Assembly (NCBI GenBank): GCA_037127815.1
Contig: JBAXXP010000001.1
Span: forward strand, 16,936-80,935
Source of the DNA: a bacterium
GTDB taxonomy: Bacteria; Patescibacteriota; Minisyncoccia; Phycocordibacterales; CAIZLB01
DNA: 64,000 nt
Direction of reading: 5' to 3'
In this document: positions 10,128 through 19,766 of the stretch, one piece after another
How positions within the stretch are numbered: the first letter of the stretch is position 1
Layout: each line of letters starts with the position of its first letter
Made by a program: the position numbers and the translations under genes
The notes under the pieces: model-generated
Database searches by the model: none
The model's input: only the letters and a program-made list of their open reading frames with translations
Told to the model about the DNA's origin: nothing

Positions 10128-12032
10128 TTATATTCTTAGTTTATGCAACAAATCCTTCAAAACAATTGTTGCAACGCCAATAACACTGTCTCCTGCTCCA
10201 TAATAAATATAAGCTCTTTCATCTCTTAGAACCAAACTACATGGGAATACAACCTTAGGAACAAGACCATTTAATTCATAAGGATCTTCTGGCTCAAAAA
10301 TTGGAGCTGCAGTTCTTGCTTTTACAATTGTTGGATTTTCTAAATCCAAGAGCACAGCACCCACACGATACGTTTTATTTTTTGAAATACCATGATACAA
10401 AAGAAGCCATCCTTCTTCTGTCTTTATTGGAGGGCCTGCAATACCAACCTTAACACCATCCCACATACCAGGTTGCGGATTCAATACTTCTATACATCTA
10501 CTAATTTTTTCTTTAGTAAAATCAAGTGTTGCAACAAAGTCTGCGCAAATACTTGTGTTAACTCTGTGTATTATCATGTACTTACCACCAATTTTCTCAG
10601 GAAAAATTACAGCGTCTTTATTAGGTATATTTGACGGAGTAATAACATTTGGCATTTCCCAATTATCCCATTTTCTATTCACAAAATCTTCAATAGAAAT
10701 GGAACTTACTGCAACACGCGGGGTAACACCATCATAGGCAGTGTATGTCATGTAAATTCTTCCTTCAATTTCTATAATACGAGGGTCTTCACATCCATAA
10801 TTTCCACTAGCTCCAATGCTTCTTTCAAAATCGGTACGGGGTGAATAAATTGGAGTATTAGGCCTTTCGTCGATTTTTAAACCATCACTACTTACAGCAT
10901 AACCAAGGACAGAGAGATTGGTTGACGATGCTGCTCTGTAGATAATATGAGTTTGACCGTTAATATTAATTGCCGCTGGATTAATTGTTCCACCAGCTTC
11001 CCAAAGAAGCCCTTGTCGTGGAGTGATTATTGGATTCCCAGCAAAGCGCTTAAATTTATGTTCAAGCTTAGAATCCGTCATCATATCCAAAAGATTTTCC
11101 ATATATATAGTAGCTGTAGCACAGTGTGTATCAGCTGCTCCGTAGAATATTTCCAATCTTCCTTCCTTAACTAGTGCTCCTGTTGGAAATACAATATTTA
11201 TAATATGCCCAGTCTTTTCATAATATGTATCAGGCACCATAAATGGACCCTTTGTTCTTCCCACAATACGTCTTGGATCTACTAAATCAAGCAAAACGGC
11301 CTCAACACCAAAAACAGGAGCCGAACTATTGTATTCCTGAATATGTGAATATATAAAAAGCCACCCCTTATCTGTTCTTATTGGAGGTGTCCCCATCTCA
11401 ACCTGTTCATTATCTTTTCTTCTAAGAATTATTTTATGAACATCCATGTGCGCCATCCACTCTATCCACTTATTTTCATTCCACATATCTTCAACGTTAT
11501 CAAACTCTGCATAGCAAATATCGGACATTTTAAGATCTGTATTTACAGTAAGAAGCGCTGCAAACTTTCCATTTATTTTTTCTGGAAACAGGACCATCGC
11601 CTTTGCATTAAAGGGTGTAATAAGGTGTTTCTCCCTAACTGTTTCCAAATCATCAGATATTGCAACAGCAACCTTTATATTGTCCGATGAATATGGGTAA
11701 CCCCCAAGTGCTGTATAAAAAATATAATATGTGTCATCAACCTTGGTAATTCTTGGATCCTCGCAACCAGCTTTATCGTAATCTGTATTTGGACCAAAGA
11801 AAACTTTCCTATCTTCAAAATGCACCCCATCATCTGCTATTCCAACACCAATTACAGAAGTACTTATATACGGGTACAAAAGAAGGTCTGGGCGTGACAT
11901 TGCTCTATAGAAAAGATATGTCTTATCTCCTTTTACTATTGGACACCCATTAAACGATGCGCTAGCCTCCCATGGATGATCCTTAATTGGTGATAATATT
12001 GGATTGTGTTCTGATCTGGTTAATGTAAACAT
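10128..12032 (-). CDS. Tandem (duplicated) GH130-family glycoside phosphorylase, mannoside-phosphorylase-like, two domains in one 634-aa protein
   Basis: Both the N-terminal half (NPILSP...FNGCPIVKGDKTYLFYRA) and the C-terminal half (NPIITPRQ...GTINPAAININGQTHIIYRAASS) carry GH130 (DUF377, 5-bladed beta-propeller) signatures. Single GH130 enzymes are about 320 aa. Confidence 0.75.
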   Translation of the reverse strand: MFTLTRSEHNPILSPIKDHPWEASASFNGCPIVKGDKTYLFYRAMSRPDLLLYPYISTSVIGVGIADDGVHFEDRKVFFGPNTDYDKAGCEDPRITKVDDTYYIFYTALGGYPYSSDNIKVAVAISDDLETVREKHLITPFNAKAMVLFPEKINGKFAALLTVNTDLKMSDICYAEFDNVEDMWNENKWIEWMAHMDVHKIILRRKDNEQVEMGTPPIRTDKGWLFIYSHIQEYNSSAPVFGVEAVLLDLVDPRRIVGRTKGPFMVPDTYYEKTGHIINIVFPTGALVKEGRLEIFYGAADTHCATATIYMENLLDMMTDSKLEHKFKRFAGNPIITPRQGLLWEAGGTINPAAININGQTHIIYRAASSTNLSVLGYAVSSDGLKIDERPNTPIYSPRTDFERSIGASGNYGCEDPRIIEIEGRIYMTYTAYDGVTPRVAVSSISIEDFVNRKWDNWEMPNVITPSNIPNKDAVIFPEKIGGKYMIIHRVNTSICADFVATLDFTKEKISRCIEVLNPQPGMWDGVKVGIAGPPIKTEEGWLLLYHGISKNKTYRVGAVLLDLENPTIVKARTAAPIFEPEDPYELNGLVPKVVFPCSLVLRDERAYIYYGAGDSVIGVATIVLKDLLHKLRI

Positions 12033-12076
12033 GTTTTATTCTTTGGTTATATTTTATTTATTATCGATATCTTTTC

Positions 12077-13207
12077 CTAAACCTTTCCGTAGGTTACCAA
12101 CCAATCTAATAGTGGTTTCAAAGGGGTCTTTGCAACACAAACATGTTTATCACCACCTCCATAATAAACATACAGATCATCATCTTGAAGAATTGCACCT
12201 GAAGCATATACAACACCCGGTTTTTCATCATTCTCATAATTCTCTACAGGCTCAAGTATTGGCGAAGGAGAACGATACAAAATCTTTGTTGGATCTTCAA
12301 AATCCAAAATCATACATCCTAACTTATATTTATTTGGATCACTCTTATCCATTGCGTGGTACAAAAGTAACCAACCGATTTCTGTTCTGATAGGTGGTGA
12401 TCCCGCACCTCTTACCCAATTATCCCACTGATCCTCTCTTCCTCCTGAAGGCGCGGAGCTTTGAATAAATTCTTCATCGATACGATCAATGTCATCAATA
12501 TATCCAATTCTAATTTCTGGAGAAATACTGTGAATTACAGCAAATTTTCCATTTAGCTTTTCTGGAAATAATACCCAATTTTTATTTATGTCTTTTGCAG
12601 ATGAAATAAATTTTGGTTTTTTCCAATTCCATTTTCCTTTTTTAAAATCCTCCATTGAAATAGAGGTCAATGCCATACGCACTGATCCCCAACCTTCAAA
12701 AGCTGTGTAGGTCATGTAAATACGATCACCAATCACAACTGCCCTTGGGTCTTCAGTTCCTCCCCATCCTCCACCAGAAGCGTAAACCATTGGATTATAA
12801 AAATGCGGTCTATCCTCCTCGCATTCATTTTCTATACAAAAAGTTGAGACAGAGACATAAACAGGATAATTATACCTTTCATCAAAAACAATTCCGTCCT
12901 GACTATTTGCATATCCAATACGTGAAAGTCCATCATCCCCCACAGCTCTGTATAACATATGAACAACACCGTCATCATCTTTTATGATTGCAGGGTTGAA
13001 TGTTCCAATGTTCTCCCATTTATTTAGGAGAGAAGGACTTATAACAGGATTGTTTACATTACGATCCAGATGAATACCGTCTACGGAGACTTCTGGAGTC
13101 TTAATTGAGATCTGCTTCTTTCTGAAAATCGAAACGATAAGCACCCCTAGAAATATAATCGCTAATACCCAAAATGGGTTTGTTATTATTTCTTTTAAAT
13201 TAGGCAT
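12077..13207 (-). CDS. GH130-family glycoside phosphorylase with an N-terminal transmembrane anchor
   Basis: 376 aa. Transmembrane helix FWVLAIIFLGVLIVSIF, then a GH130 pattern (NPVISPS...FNPAIIKDDDGVVHMLYRAVG...GTEDPR) homologous to the two domains of the upstream gene. Confidence 0.75.
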   Translation of the reverse strand: MPNLKEIITNPFWVLAIIFLGVLIVSIFRKKQISIKTPEVSVDGIHLDRNVNNPVISPSLLNKWENIGTFNPAIIKDDDGVVHMLYRAVGDDGLSRIGYANSQDGIVFDERYNYPVYVSVSTFCIENECEEDRPHFYNPMVYASGGGWGGTEDPRAVVIGDRIYMTYTAFEGWGSVRMALTSISMEDFKKGKWNWKKPKFISSAKDINKNWVLFPEKLNGKFAVIHSISPEIRIGYIDDIDRIDEEFIQSSAPSGGREDQWDNWVRGAGSPPIRTEIGWLLLYHAMDKSDPNKYKLGCMILDFEDPTKILYRSPSPILEPVENYENDEKPGVVYASGAILQDDDLYVYYGGGDKHVCVAKTPLKPLLDWLVTYGKV

Positions 13208-13213
13208 TTATTT

Positions 13214-13594
13214 TTACTTTACTCTATTGTATTTATCCTCAATACGAACGATGTCTTCCTCATCAAAAGTTCCGTATGCTATTTCTAAAAAAGTGACATT
13301 CTCATCACCAGCTTCAATTCTGTGTAACATCTTTCTAGGAATGAATAGCTCAAGACCTGCTTTTATTTCTATTTTCTCTTCGCCTACTGTAGCTATTCCG
13401 TTACCAGAAAGGATGTACCAGAACTCATCACGCGAATCATGATATTGCAAACTAAAAGCTTGACCACTGTTTACAGTAATAGTCTTTACCGTACAGGGTA
13501 AATTTTCCACAAATTTTACAAAATCACCCCAAGGGCGTTTTTCCTTATATGATTTTGGGGGATTTTCTATTGTAAATTGTGTTGTCATTTGCAT
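13214..13594 (-). CDS. Cupin-fold protein, mannose-6-phosphate isomerase (type II PMI C-terminal domain)-like
   Basis: 126 aa. Cupin motifs (PWGDFVKF, SLQYHDSRDEFWYILSGNG, HRIEAGDENVTFLEI) typical of phosphomannose-isomerase-type cupins. Confidence 0.55.
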   Translation of the reverse strand: MQMTTQFTIENPPKSYKEKRPWGDFVKFVENLPCTVKTITVNSGQAFSLQYHDSRDEFWYILSGNGIATVGEEKIEIKAGLELFIPRKMLHRIEAGDENVTFLEIAYGTFDEEDIVRIEDKYNRVK

Positions 13595-13649
13595 TGATTA
13601 TTATATCACAACGTGCCCTTTTTTTGTCTATTTGTTTGTACTTATTGCA

Positions 13650-14924
13650 TTACCAGGCCTTAATCTTTGTATTTACAAAGATTCTATACTTTTCTAGGTT
13701 GTCTTGTTCTCTTTTGGAGACATTAATGCTTACTGGAATTTTATCAGCATCGAGTGGTAGAACTGTATAATATTTGTTTCCATTTTTGTCTGACCCTCTC
13801 TTTACCCATGTACCCATAAAATCTGGTGTTATAGACAGAGTACTACTGCCATTAACCCTGCTGGGATTAATTTCTTTTGTAATTTCAAGCTTAAGTATTC
13901 CTCCAAGGTCCGTATATGGATTGGTCATTCCAGACACAAAATTTCCAAGTGAATATATAACTAGACACTTTTCACCATTAGTACTTTTCAAAAATGTTAT
14001 AGGTTCCAGTACATGAGGATGATCTCCTAGAACAATATTTGCACCACTGTTACATGCCAGCTGTGCAAGTTCTCGTTGAGATGCATTCTCTTGTAATTTA
14101 TACTCTACCCCAAAATGTAATGCTGTCACAATTACATCAACATTTTGTTTTTTTAAATCATTTATGTCCCTTACTATTTGCTCTTTATTAATATATGAAA
14201 GCATTCCAGATTTACTTTTAGGTAATGTTAGGCCGTTTGTATCATAAGTATATGAAACAAAACCAAATTTAAGTCCGTTCTTTTCAGTAATTTGATAATT
14301 AGAAATAGGTGAAACAATTCCATTTGGTAATGAACTTGTGCCAGATAGAGCAATTTTAGTATCGGGCTGAATTCTAGCACCCAATCCAATTAAGCCAGAA
14401 TTCTCGACATTCTTAATTGTATTCGTAAGGCCTACAACACCCCTATCGAGCGCGTGATTATTTGCCAAAGACACATGAGTAAAATAATTATTTTTTAATT
14501 CAGTTAATATTTCTGCAGGAGCATTAAACCTTGGATACCCAGAGTATTTTAATTCCTTTCCTGCAATTGGCGTTTCTAAATTAGCATAAACAATATCCGC
14601 ATTATTTAAATACGGTTTTATGTTTACAAAAAAACTTGAGAAATCATATTTACCATTTTTTTTATTATAAGTAGCATCAAGTTGTGCCTGATGCATCATA
14701 ATATCTCCAACAGCGAGAAGCGTCACCTTTCTAACCACTGGGGCCGGCTCAACTTGTTTTATAGAGTCAGCTCCCGCAACCTGCGCGGAGAGACTTGATT
14801 CTACTTTTTTAAAATATTTACCATATTGTGTGTTTACAAAAAAACCTCCGATTATGAAAACAGCTGTTGCTGTTAGGTAAAATGCATAATGACTAATTCT
14901 TCCTGATTGATTTTTGAGTATCAT
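13650..14924 (-). CDS. CapA/PgsA-family metallophosphatase (poly-gamma-glutamate capsule synthesis-like), membrane-anchored
   Basis: 424 aa. N-terminal transmembrane helix, then LLAVGDIMMH, NLETP and ANNHALDRG motifs of the CapA (YwtB) calcineurin-like family. Confidence 0.7.
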   Translation of the reverse strand: MILKNQSGRISHYAFYLTATAVFIIGGFFVNTQYGKYFKKVESSLSAQVAGADSIKQVEPAPVVRKVTLLAVGDIMMHQAQLDATYNKKNGKYDFSSFFVNIKPYLNNADIVYANLETPIAGKELKYSGYPRFNAPAEILTELKNNYFTHVSLANNHALDRGVVGLTNTIKNVENSGLIGLGARIQPDTKIALSGTSSLPNGIVSPISNYQITEKNGLKFGFVSYTYDTNGLTLPKSKSGMLSYINKEQIVRDINDLKKQNVDVIVTALHFGVEYKLQENASQRELAQLACNSGANIVLGDHPHVLEPITFLKSTNGEKCLVIYSLGNFVSGMTNPYTDLGGILKLEITKEINPSRVNGSSTLSITPDFMGTWVKRGSDKNGNKYYTVLPLDADKIPVSINVSKREQDNLEKYRIFVNTKIKAW

Positions 14925-14941
14925 TTTATATTATATCTTTA

Positions 14942-15505
14942 TTATTCAGCTTCATTAAAATTTTCAGCATTTTGAATCATAAATTCCCGAACACTTTTTA
15001 ATGCAATATTTCGCATTGCAAAAGAAGACCTTTCTTCATCTAACATTTCGGCGTATGTTTTATCATATCCATCTGGAATGAATATAGATGACCAGCCAAA
15101 ACTATTTGTGCCCTTTGGTGAATCAGAAATAGTACCAGACATTGATCCATCAAATAGATGAACAGTTTCTCCATCGCAAAAACCATAGCAAACTTTAGCT
15201 GTACATCTCCTATCTTTTCCATCAATAAGTCTACAAAGGCCTTCATTTTCAAGTTCTTTTAAAAACCATTTAATTAGTGGGCCAGGCAGTTTTCCCAAGG
15301 CATGAAAAACAAAAGAGACATCCTCCACAAGAACAGGTTTTCCAATTTTACTATATGCACGCAAAGCTTTATCTTTTACAATTTCTTCTAGATCTAAAGA
15401 TTGTATTTCTTCCAAATCAAGTGAATGATGGTCTATTTCAAGACCTAGGTACCTACTAACCTCTTCGGCCTTTCCAGCATTTCCAGTTATAAAGGTTATT
15501 TTCAT
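14942..15505 (-). CDS. rdgB: Non-canonical purine NTP pyrophosphatase (dITP/XTP pyrophosphatase, RdgB/Ham1 family)
   Basis: 187 aa. N-terminal ITGNAGKAEE and the Ham1-family substrate loop. Typical size. Confidence 0.8.
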   Translation of the reverse strand: MKITFITGNAGKAEEVSRYLGLEIDHHSLDLEEIQSLDLEEIVKDKALRAYSKIGKPVLVEDVSFVFHALGKLPGPLIKWFLKELENEGLCRLIDGKDRRCTAKVCYGFCDGETVHLFDGSMSGTISDSPKGTNSFGWSSIFIPDGYDKTYAEMLDEERSSFAMRNIALKSVREFMIQNAENFNEAE

Positions 15506-15553
15506 ACATTTAATATATCATATAACACCCCGGGGAAGAACTTCTTTTTAATG

Positions 15554-16279
15554 CTAAAGTTTACTGTATAGTAATTTAAAAATTTTAGTTTGAAACTGAG
15601 CAATCATCTCATTTTCTATAACAATTGCTGTCTTACTATTATAATCAATCAAAGCCACCTTATTTCCATAAATGATTTGAGTAATATTTAAATCAAATAA
15701 ATTATAACTATTTGGTACCGTTCTGACAGATCTGCCAAGTTTTGCATGACCAGCATTTTTTGAGGATTCATCTGTAATAACTAATCTTTCAAGGGATTTC
15801 CTATCTCTTATAATTTTATAATCTGCCGGAACATATTTTTTGCGGGATAATGTCAGTCCAGAACTGTATCTATAATAGATAGCGTTTTTGGGTAAACTAT
15901 GTACAACATCTGAAAACACAGCCTTGATTGCACTATCACCTTCTGTAAAGGTAACGATTGGTTTCTTGTCTCTCATTTTATAAGTCTCATGAAGTTCATG
16001 GATCTCCGCATTAAAGTTATCCTCCAAATCATTAAAAAGTTTTTCTAGCTTTTCTGGAGATTCTGCAACATACAACTTATACTTACCTTTTGGCATAGCA
16101 TTAACTAACCCCAAACTAGATAGATTTGGTAATGCCTTATAAACAGTTGGCCTATGTAATTTTGTCTCTCTTATAATATCTGAAATAGAAGCAGGACCTA
16201 GTTTCAAAAGACCCTTATAAATCAAGGCTTCTTCTTTACTCATCCCTATTTGTTCCAGTACAGTTTTGTTTATTTTCAT
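15554..16279 (-). CDS. TrmB-family sugar-responsive transcriptional regulator (wHTH + C-terminal sensor domain)
   Basis: N-terminal EQIGMSKEEALIYKGLLKLGPASISDIIRETKLHRPTVYKAL matches the TrmB winged helix. The start is placed at MKINKT, residue 19 of the track ORF that ends at 16333. Confidence 0.6.
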   Translation of the reverse strand: MKINKTVLEQIGMSKEEALIYKGLLKLGPASISDIIRETKLHRPTVYKALPNLSSLGLVNAMPKGKYKLYVAESPEKLEKLFNDLEDNFNAEIHELHETYKMRDKKPIVTFTEGDSAIKAVFSDVVHSLPKNAIYYRYSSGLTLSRKKYVPADYKIIRDRKSLERLVITDESSKNAGHAKLGRSVRTVPNSYNLFDLNITQIIYGNKVALIDYNSKTAIVIENEMIAQFQTKIFKLLYSKL

Positions 16280-16452
16280 AAGTTGTAATGTTTTGTTACA
16301 ACTTAATATATCACTATTAACTATGTAAATCAAGGGTGCTACAGCAGGCTCTCTGTTTAATGTACAAATTTTAGCATTTTCAAATACAAGTTTGTTGATT
16401 TGAACTATAGTTTAATCAGAAAAGAAATTAACAATTAACAGCAAACAAAACC

Positions 16453-17364
16453 ATGAAAAACAAAATCGAAAACACTAGGGTTAAGCAAATTGGGAATATC
16501 ATTCTTCAAAACCTTGTTCCACAGGCAATACAAATAATTCAAGATGAATGTCATGACCTGACTATAATCAAGAAGGTTGGCTATGATGGAGTGAAGCCTG
16601 ACCTTGCAACTAATGGTGACAGAAAAGCACAGGAAATGTACATGCGAGAAATCGCCAAACACTTCCCTGACTTTGGAATCATCGCCGAGGAAGATGGGGT
16701 TGCCTTTGATGGCAAAGATAATGGCGAGGATGGAGAGAAGGGCGAAGATATATATTTCACTATTGATCCACTAGATGGAACCAAGGCGTATGAACGTGGT
16801 GCAGGACAAGGTGTTGGAACAATGATTGCCCTCTGTAAAGACAACGATGTCATTGCAGCTTACATCGGCGACGCAAACACTGGTGAGACATACGGTTTTG
16901 CAGACATGGAAAAAAGAGGCGCAGCCATAAGGCAAAGATTTGGTGTAACAACCAACTTAAAGCCCAGAACTGATAAACCTCTAGCTGAACAATATGTACT
17001 CTTGCGTGAAATGCCTCGCAAGCAACCCGAGTTAATTAATAAAATGATTAACGATATAACAGCAGGTGGGCTATTTAAGGACGCTGAGGTTACAGGAGGA
17101 AGTATTGGTACAGCTTTTGCAAGGTTGTGGAAGGGAGAGGTTGGAGCGATGGTTCTTCAGCCAGGATTCAATACACCATGGGATCTTGCTCCAACACTTG
17201 GTATTAGCCGTAGGCTTGGCTACAAGTTTTTCAAACTTTTAGATGGTAAACTCATTGAGAATGAGCCAATGCTTACAAAGACTGTTGTTGAGAAACCATA
17301 CACAGAAATTGTTGTCCATGAAGCTCATGAAAAGGAATTGATGGAGTGGTTGAAGGTTAATTAA
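16453..17364 (+). CDS. Inositol monophosphatase / FBPase-like Li-sensitive phosphatase superfamily protein
   Basis: 303 aa. IIAEEDG, the metal-binding DPLDGT, and the WD(L)AP motif (NTPWDLAP). Confidence 0.7.
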   Translation: MKNKIENTRVKQIGNIILQNLVPQAIQIIQDECHDLTIIKKVGYDGVKPDLATNGDRKAQEMYMREIAKHFPDFGIIAEEDGVAFDGKDNGEDGEKGEDIYFTIDPLDGTKAYERGAGQGVGTMIALCKDNDVIAAYIGDANTGETYGFADMEKRGAAIRQRFGVTTNLKPRTDKPLAEQYVLLREMPRKQPELINKMINDITAGGLFKDAEVTGGSIGTAFARLWKGEVGAMVLQPGFNTPWDLAPTLGISRRLGYKFFKLLDGKLIENEPMLTKTVVEKPYTEIVVHEAHEKELMEWLKVN

Positions 17365-17378
17365 CAGCGGAATAAACC

Positions 17379-17415
17379 GCAATGCCCCGGCGCCAGAATG
17401 GCGCCGGGGCATTGC
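17379..17415. terminator. Perfect 17-bp GC-rich inverted repeat (GCAATGCCCCGGCGCCA-gaa-TGGCGCCGGGGCATTGC) between convergent genes
   Basis: Read directly. The stem is perfect and the loop is 3 nt. It lies between the + gene ending at 17364 and the - gene ending at 17483. No long T-run follows; only AAATGTTT is present. Confidence 0.45.
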
Positions 17416-17482
17416 AAATGTTTAAACGTTTCCGTTCAATATACTCGTGCTATATCCAATCATAAAAAAACAATTCCTTCTG

Positions 17483-18376
17483 TTAGAGATTATCCATCCC
17501 TGGCCTTCTGATTAATGTAGAATAATTCTCAGCATACCCAGTTTTTTGAGAAATATCTGTAATGTAAAATTTCTTTCTAGCCTGATCTATAGTAAGTTTT
17601 GTATCGATTAACCCACTATCTAACGCCATCTTATCGGCATGACTTGTAAGCACTACTTGCCAGTCAAAAGACGTTAACATTCCTGGCCAAAGTTTGTTCA
17701 CATGTCCTGCAATACTTGATGTACAATTTGCAAAGATAGAGTTGTACCATGCAGGGTGAATAGATAACTCGTTCATTCTATTTAACATATCCACAAGCAA
17801 TAACTTACCATCTTTTTGATTAGCTTTAAGTGGGTATATATAAATGTCAGCCTTGAATATATTTGCACGAACATAAATAGCATCCCTCTCGTCCGTTGCA
17901 ATATACATCAATGGAAAAGTACGAATAGTTCCATTCACCGGGCTGTATTTTTGACCCTTTGTTAATCTTCCTTCAATTGTAATTACCAAAAATGAATTAT
18001 CTTCAAATTCAAATGATAAAAAGGTATGAGCAAAAGAACTATCTGGACTGAATGGAGCTGTTATGTACCAAACTTTTTTTAACTTATTCAAATCATAGGT
18101 TTTATCATAGTACACCTCAATAGTTGGGTTCCCATTAGCATCATATTGAAAATTTCTGACATTTTTGACCGTGACTAAATTATCTTTAAATTCAGCTGTA
18201 GACAGTACTTTTAAGGTATCCTTCCAGTCTCCATCAGTTGGAACTTTTTTTGTTGCTTGCCAAATGATAAAAACAGCGAGGATTATACAAATTAGAGACA
18301 GGGTGAATTTTAGTATTTTTCTGAATTTGAAGCCCTTCCTGATTTTTGCCATGTGAGATGGTTTCGTGTTTTTCAT
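17483..18376 (-). CDS. N-terminally membrane-anchored hypothetical protein (possibly a DUF4105-like lipoprotein-associated domain)
   Basis: 297 aa. Basic N-terminus plus transmembrane helix LSLICIILAVFIIW, then a soluble domain with no recognised catalytic motif. Confidence 0.35.
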   Translation of the reverse strand: MKNTKPSHMAKIRKGFKFRKILKFTLSLICIILAVFIIWQATKKVPTDGDWKDTLKVLSTAEFKDNLVTVKNVRNFQYDANGNPTIEVYYDKTYDLNKLKKVWYITAPFSPDSSFAHTFLSFEFEDNSFLVITIEGRLTKGQKYSPVNGTIRTFPLMYIATDERDAIYVRANIFKADIYIYPLKANQKDGKLLLVDMLNRMNELSIHPAWYNSIFANCTSSIAGHVNKLWPGMLTSFDWQVVLTSHADKMALDSGLIDTKLTIDQARKKFYITDISQKTGYAENYSTLIRRPGMDNL

Positions 18377-18570
18377 TTAGTTCATTATAAAACAAAAGCA
18401 ATACAATTACACGCAAAAATCAAAAGATTTTTATATATTTTACGCTTAAAAACATTGTCCCTCGCTAAGCTCGGGATGATTTAGGCTAATATTGATGCGC
18501 TTCGCACCTAATAAGAGGAACATCTACGTCAAAATCTGCTGATTTTGACGCGATTTTTACGCTTAAAAAT

Positions 18571-18644
18571 TGGCTGCGAGACTTGGACTCGAACCAAGAT
18601 AGCGCCCTTCAGAGGGGCGCGTCCTACCATTAGACGATCTCGCA
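18571..18644 (-). tRNA. tRNA-Gln (anticodon CUG)
   Basis: The cloverleaf was folded by hand. The U1-A72 acceptor pair is typical of bacterial tRNA-Gln. The anticodon loop is CUCUGAA, the T-loop is TTCGAGT, and CCA is encoded. Confidence 0.8.
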
Positions 18645-18779
18645 ATGTAAATAAAGAATATCATTTTAGACTCTCATAAACAAGGGGTTAAAAATAACAC
18701 TGATTACCACTTCAAAAACAAAAGCACCCCCTGTATGTTGGATGCTTTTTCTAGTTTACCAACCATATTATGAAACGTT

Positions 18780-19709
18780 TTAGACCTTCAAATACTTCTT
18801 CACCGCCAAATAACTTGAAACAGCACCGAGAATTAGTCCTGTTCCAACAACAACCATAAACATCTGTCCAAAATTTGAAACATAGTAGCTAAAGATATTT
18901 AGCCCAGTTCCAAGATTAAACGTAAGCGGACCAACATAATAAGTCATTGGATATAATAGAATCAAGGTTATAATTCCAGCTACGGCACCATACATTAAAC
19001 CAACAGTAACAAACGGACCTCTAATATACATTTCACTAGCACCAACTAATCTCATAACAGCAATTTCCTCTCTGAAGATGTAAATCGCCAATCTAACGGT
19101 ATTAAATGTTATTAAAATTGAAACGATTGCAAAGAACGTCACCACAATTGTTCCAAGCTTCCTTGAAGAATCCATTATTCTATTAAGCGCATCAATTGCT
19201 TGTTTATTGTTAGAATAGTTTACTCTATCAACAATACCCGCGCCATTTCCATCGACACCAGTTTTCTGACTATCCAAGAATTTTACGATTGACTCATATT
19301 GTGAAGGATTCTTTGCTCTAATATTAAAGCTAGCTCCAAGTGGGTTTGCCCCAATTTCATCTAATGCTTGAAGTGTAAGCTCATCATCTTGATGTCTCTT
19401 TCTAAATTGAGTTAATGACTCCTCTCTTGAAACAAATGTAGCTGAAGCAACTTCTGGCAAATTCTTAATAGACTTTTGAAGTGAAGCTATGTCTTCATCG
19501 CTTGCGGATTGAGTTAAATAAACATTAACATCAACCTTACTTTCAATTGATTTCAATGTCGATGTTAGCATCGCGCCAATAAAGATGATTGAAGATATGA
19601 CGAGTAGTGTCACAATCATCACGAGAACCGATGCCAGAGAAACTGATCCGTTTCTCCAGAAACTTACAAAACCTGACTTTAATGTTCTTTTTATATTTGT
19701 CCAAATCAT
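18780..19709 (-). CDS. ftsX: Cell-division ABC transporter permease FtsX
   Basis: 309 aa. FtsX topology: TM1, a large extracytoplasmic loop, then three C-terminal transmembrane helices. It lies in the ftsE-ftsX arrangement. Confidence 0.8.
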   Translation of the reverse strand: MIWTNIKRTLKSGFVSFWRNGSVSLASVLVMIVTLLVISSIIFIGAMLTSTLKSIESKVDVNVYLTQSASDEDIASLQKSIKNLPEVASATFVSREESLTQFRKRHQDDELTLQALDEIGANPLGASFNIRAKNPSQYESIVKFLDSQKTGVDGNGAGIVDRVNYSNNKQAIDALNRIMDSSRKLGTIVVTFFAIVSILITFNTVRLAIYIFREEIAVMRLVGASEMYIRGPFVTVGLMYGAVAGIITLILLYPMTYYVGPLTFNLGTGLNIFSYYVSNFGQMFMVVVGTGLILGAVSSYLAVKKYLKV

Positions 19710-19766
19710 AAGTTTATTATAACCCCATATGTGGGAATTACAAAATCATGAAAAATAGATATACGG

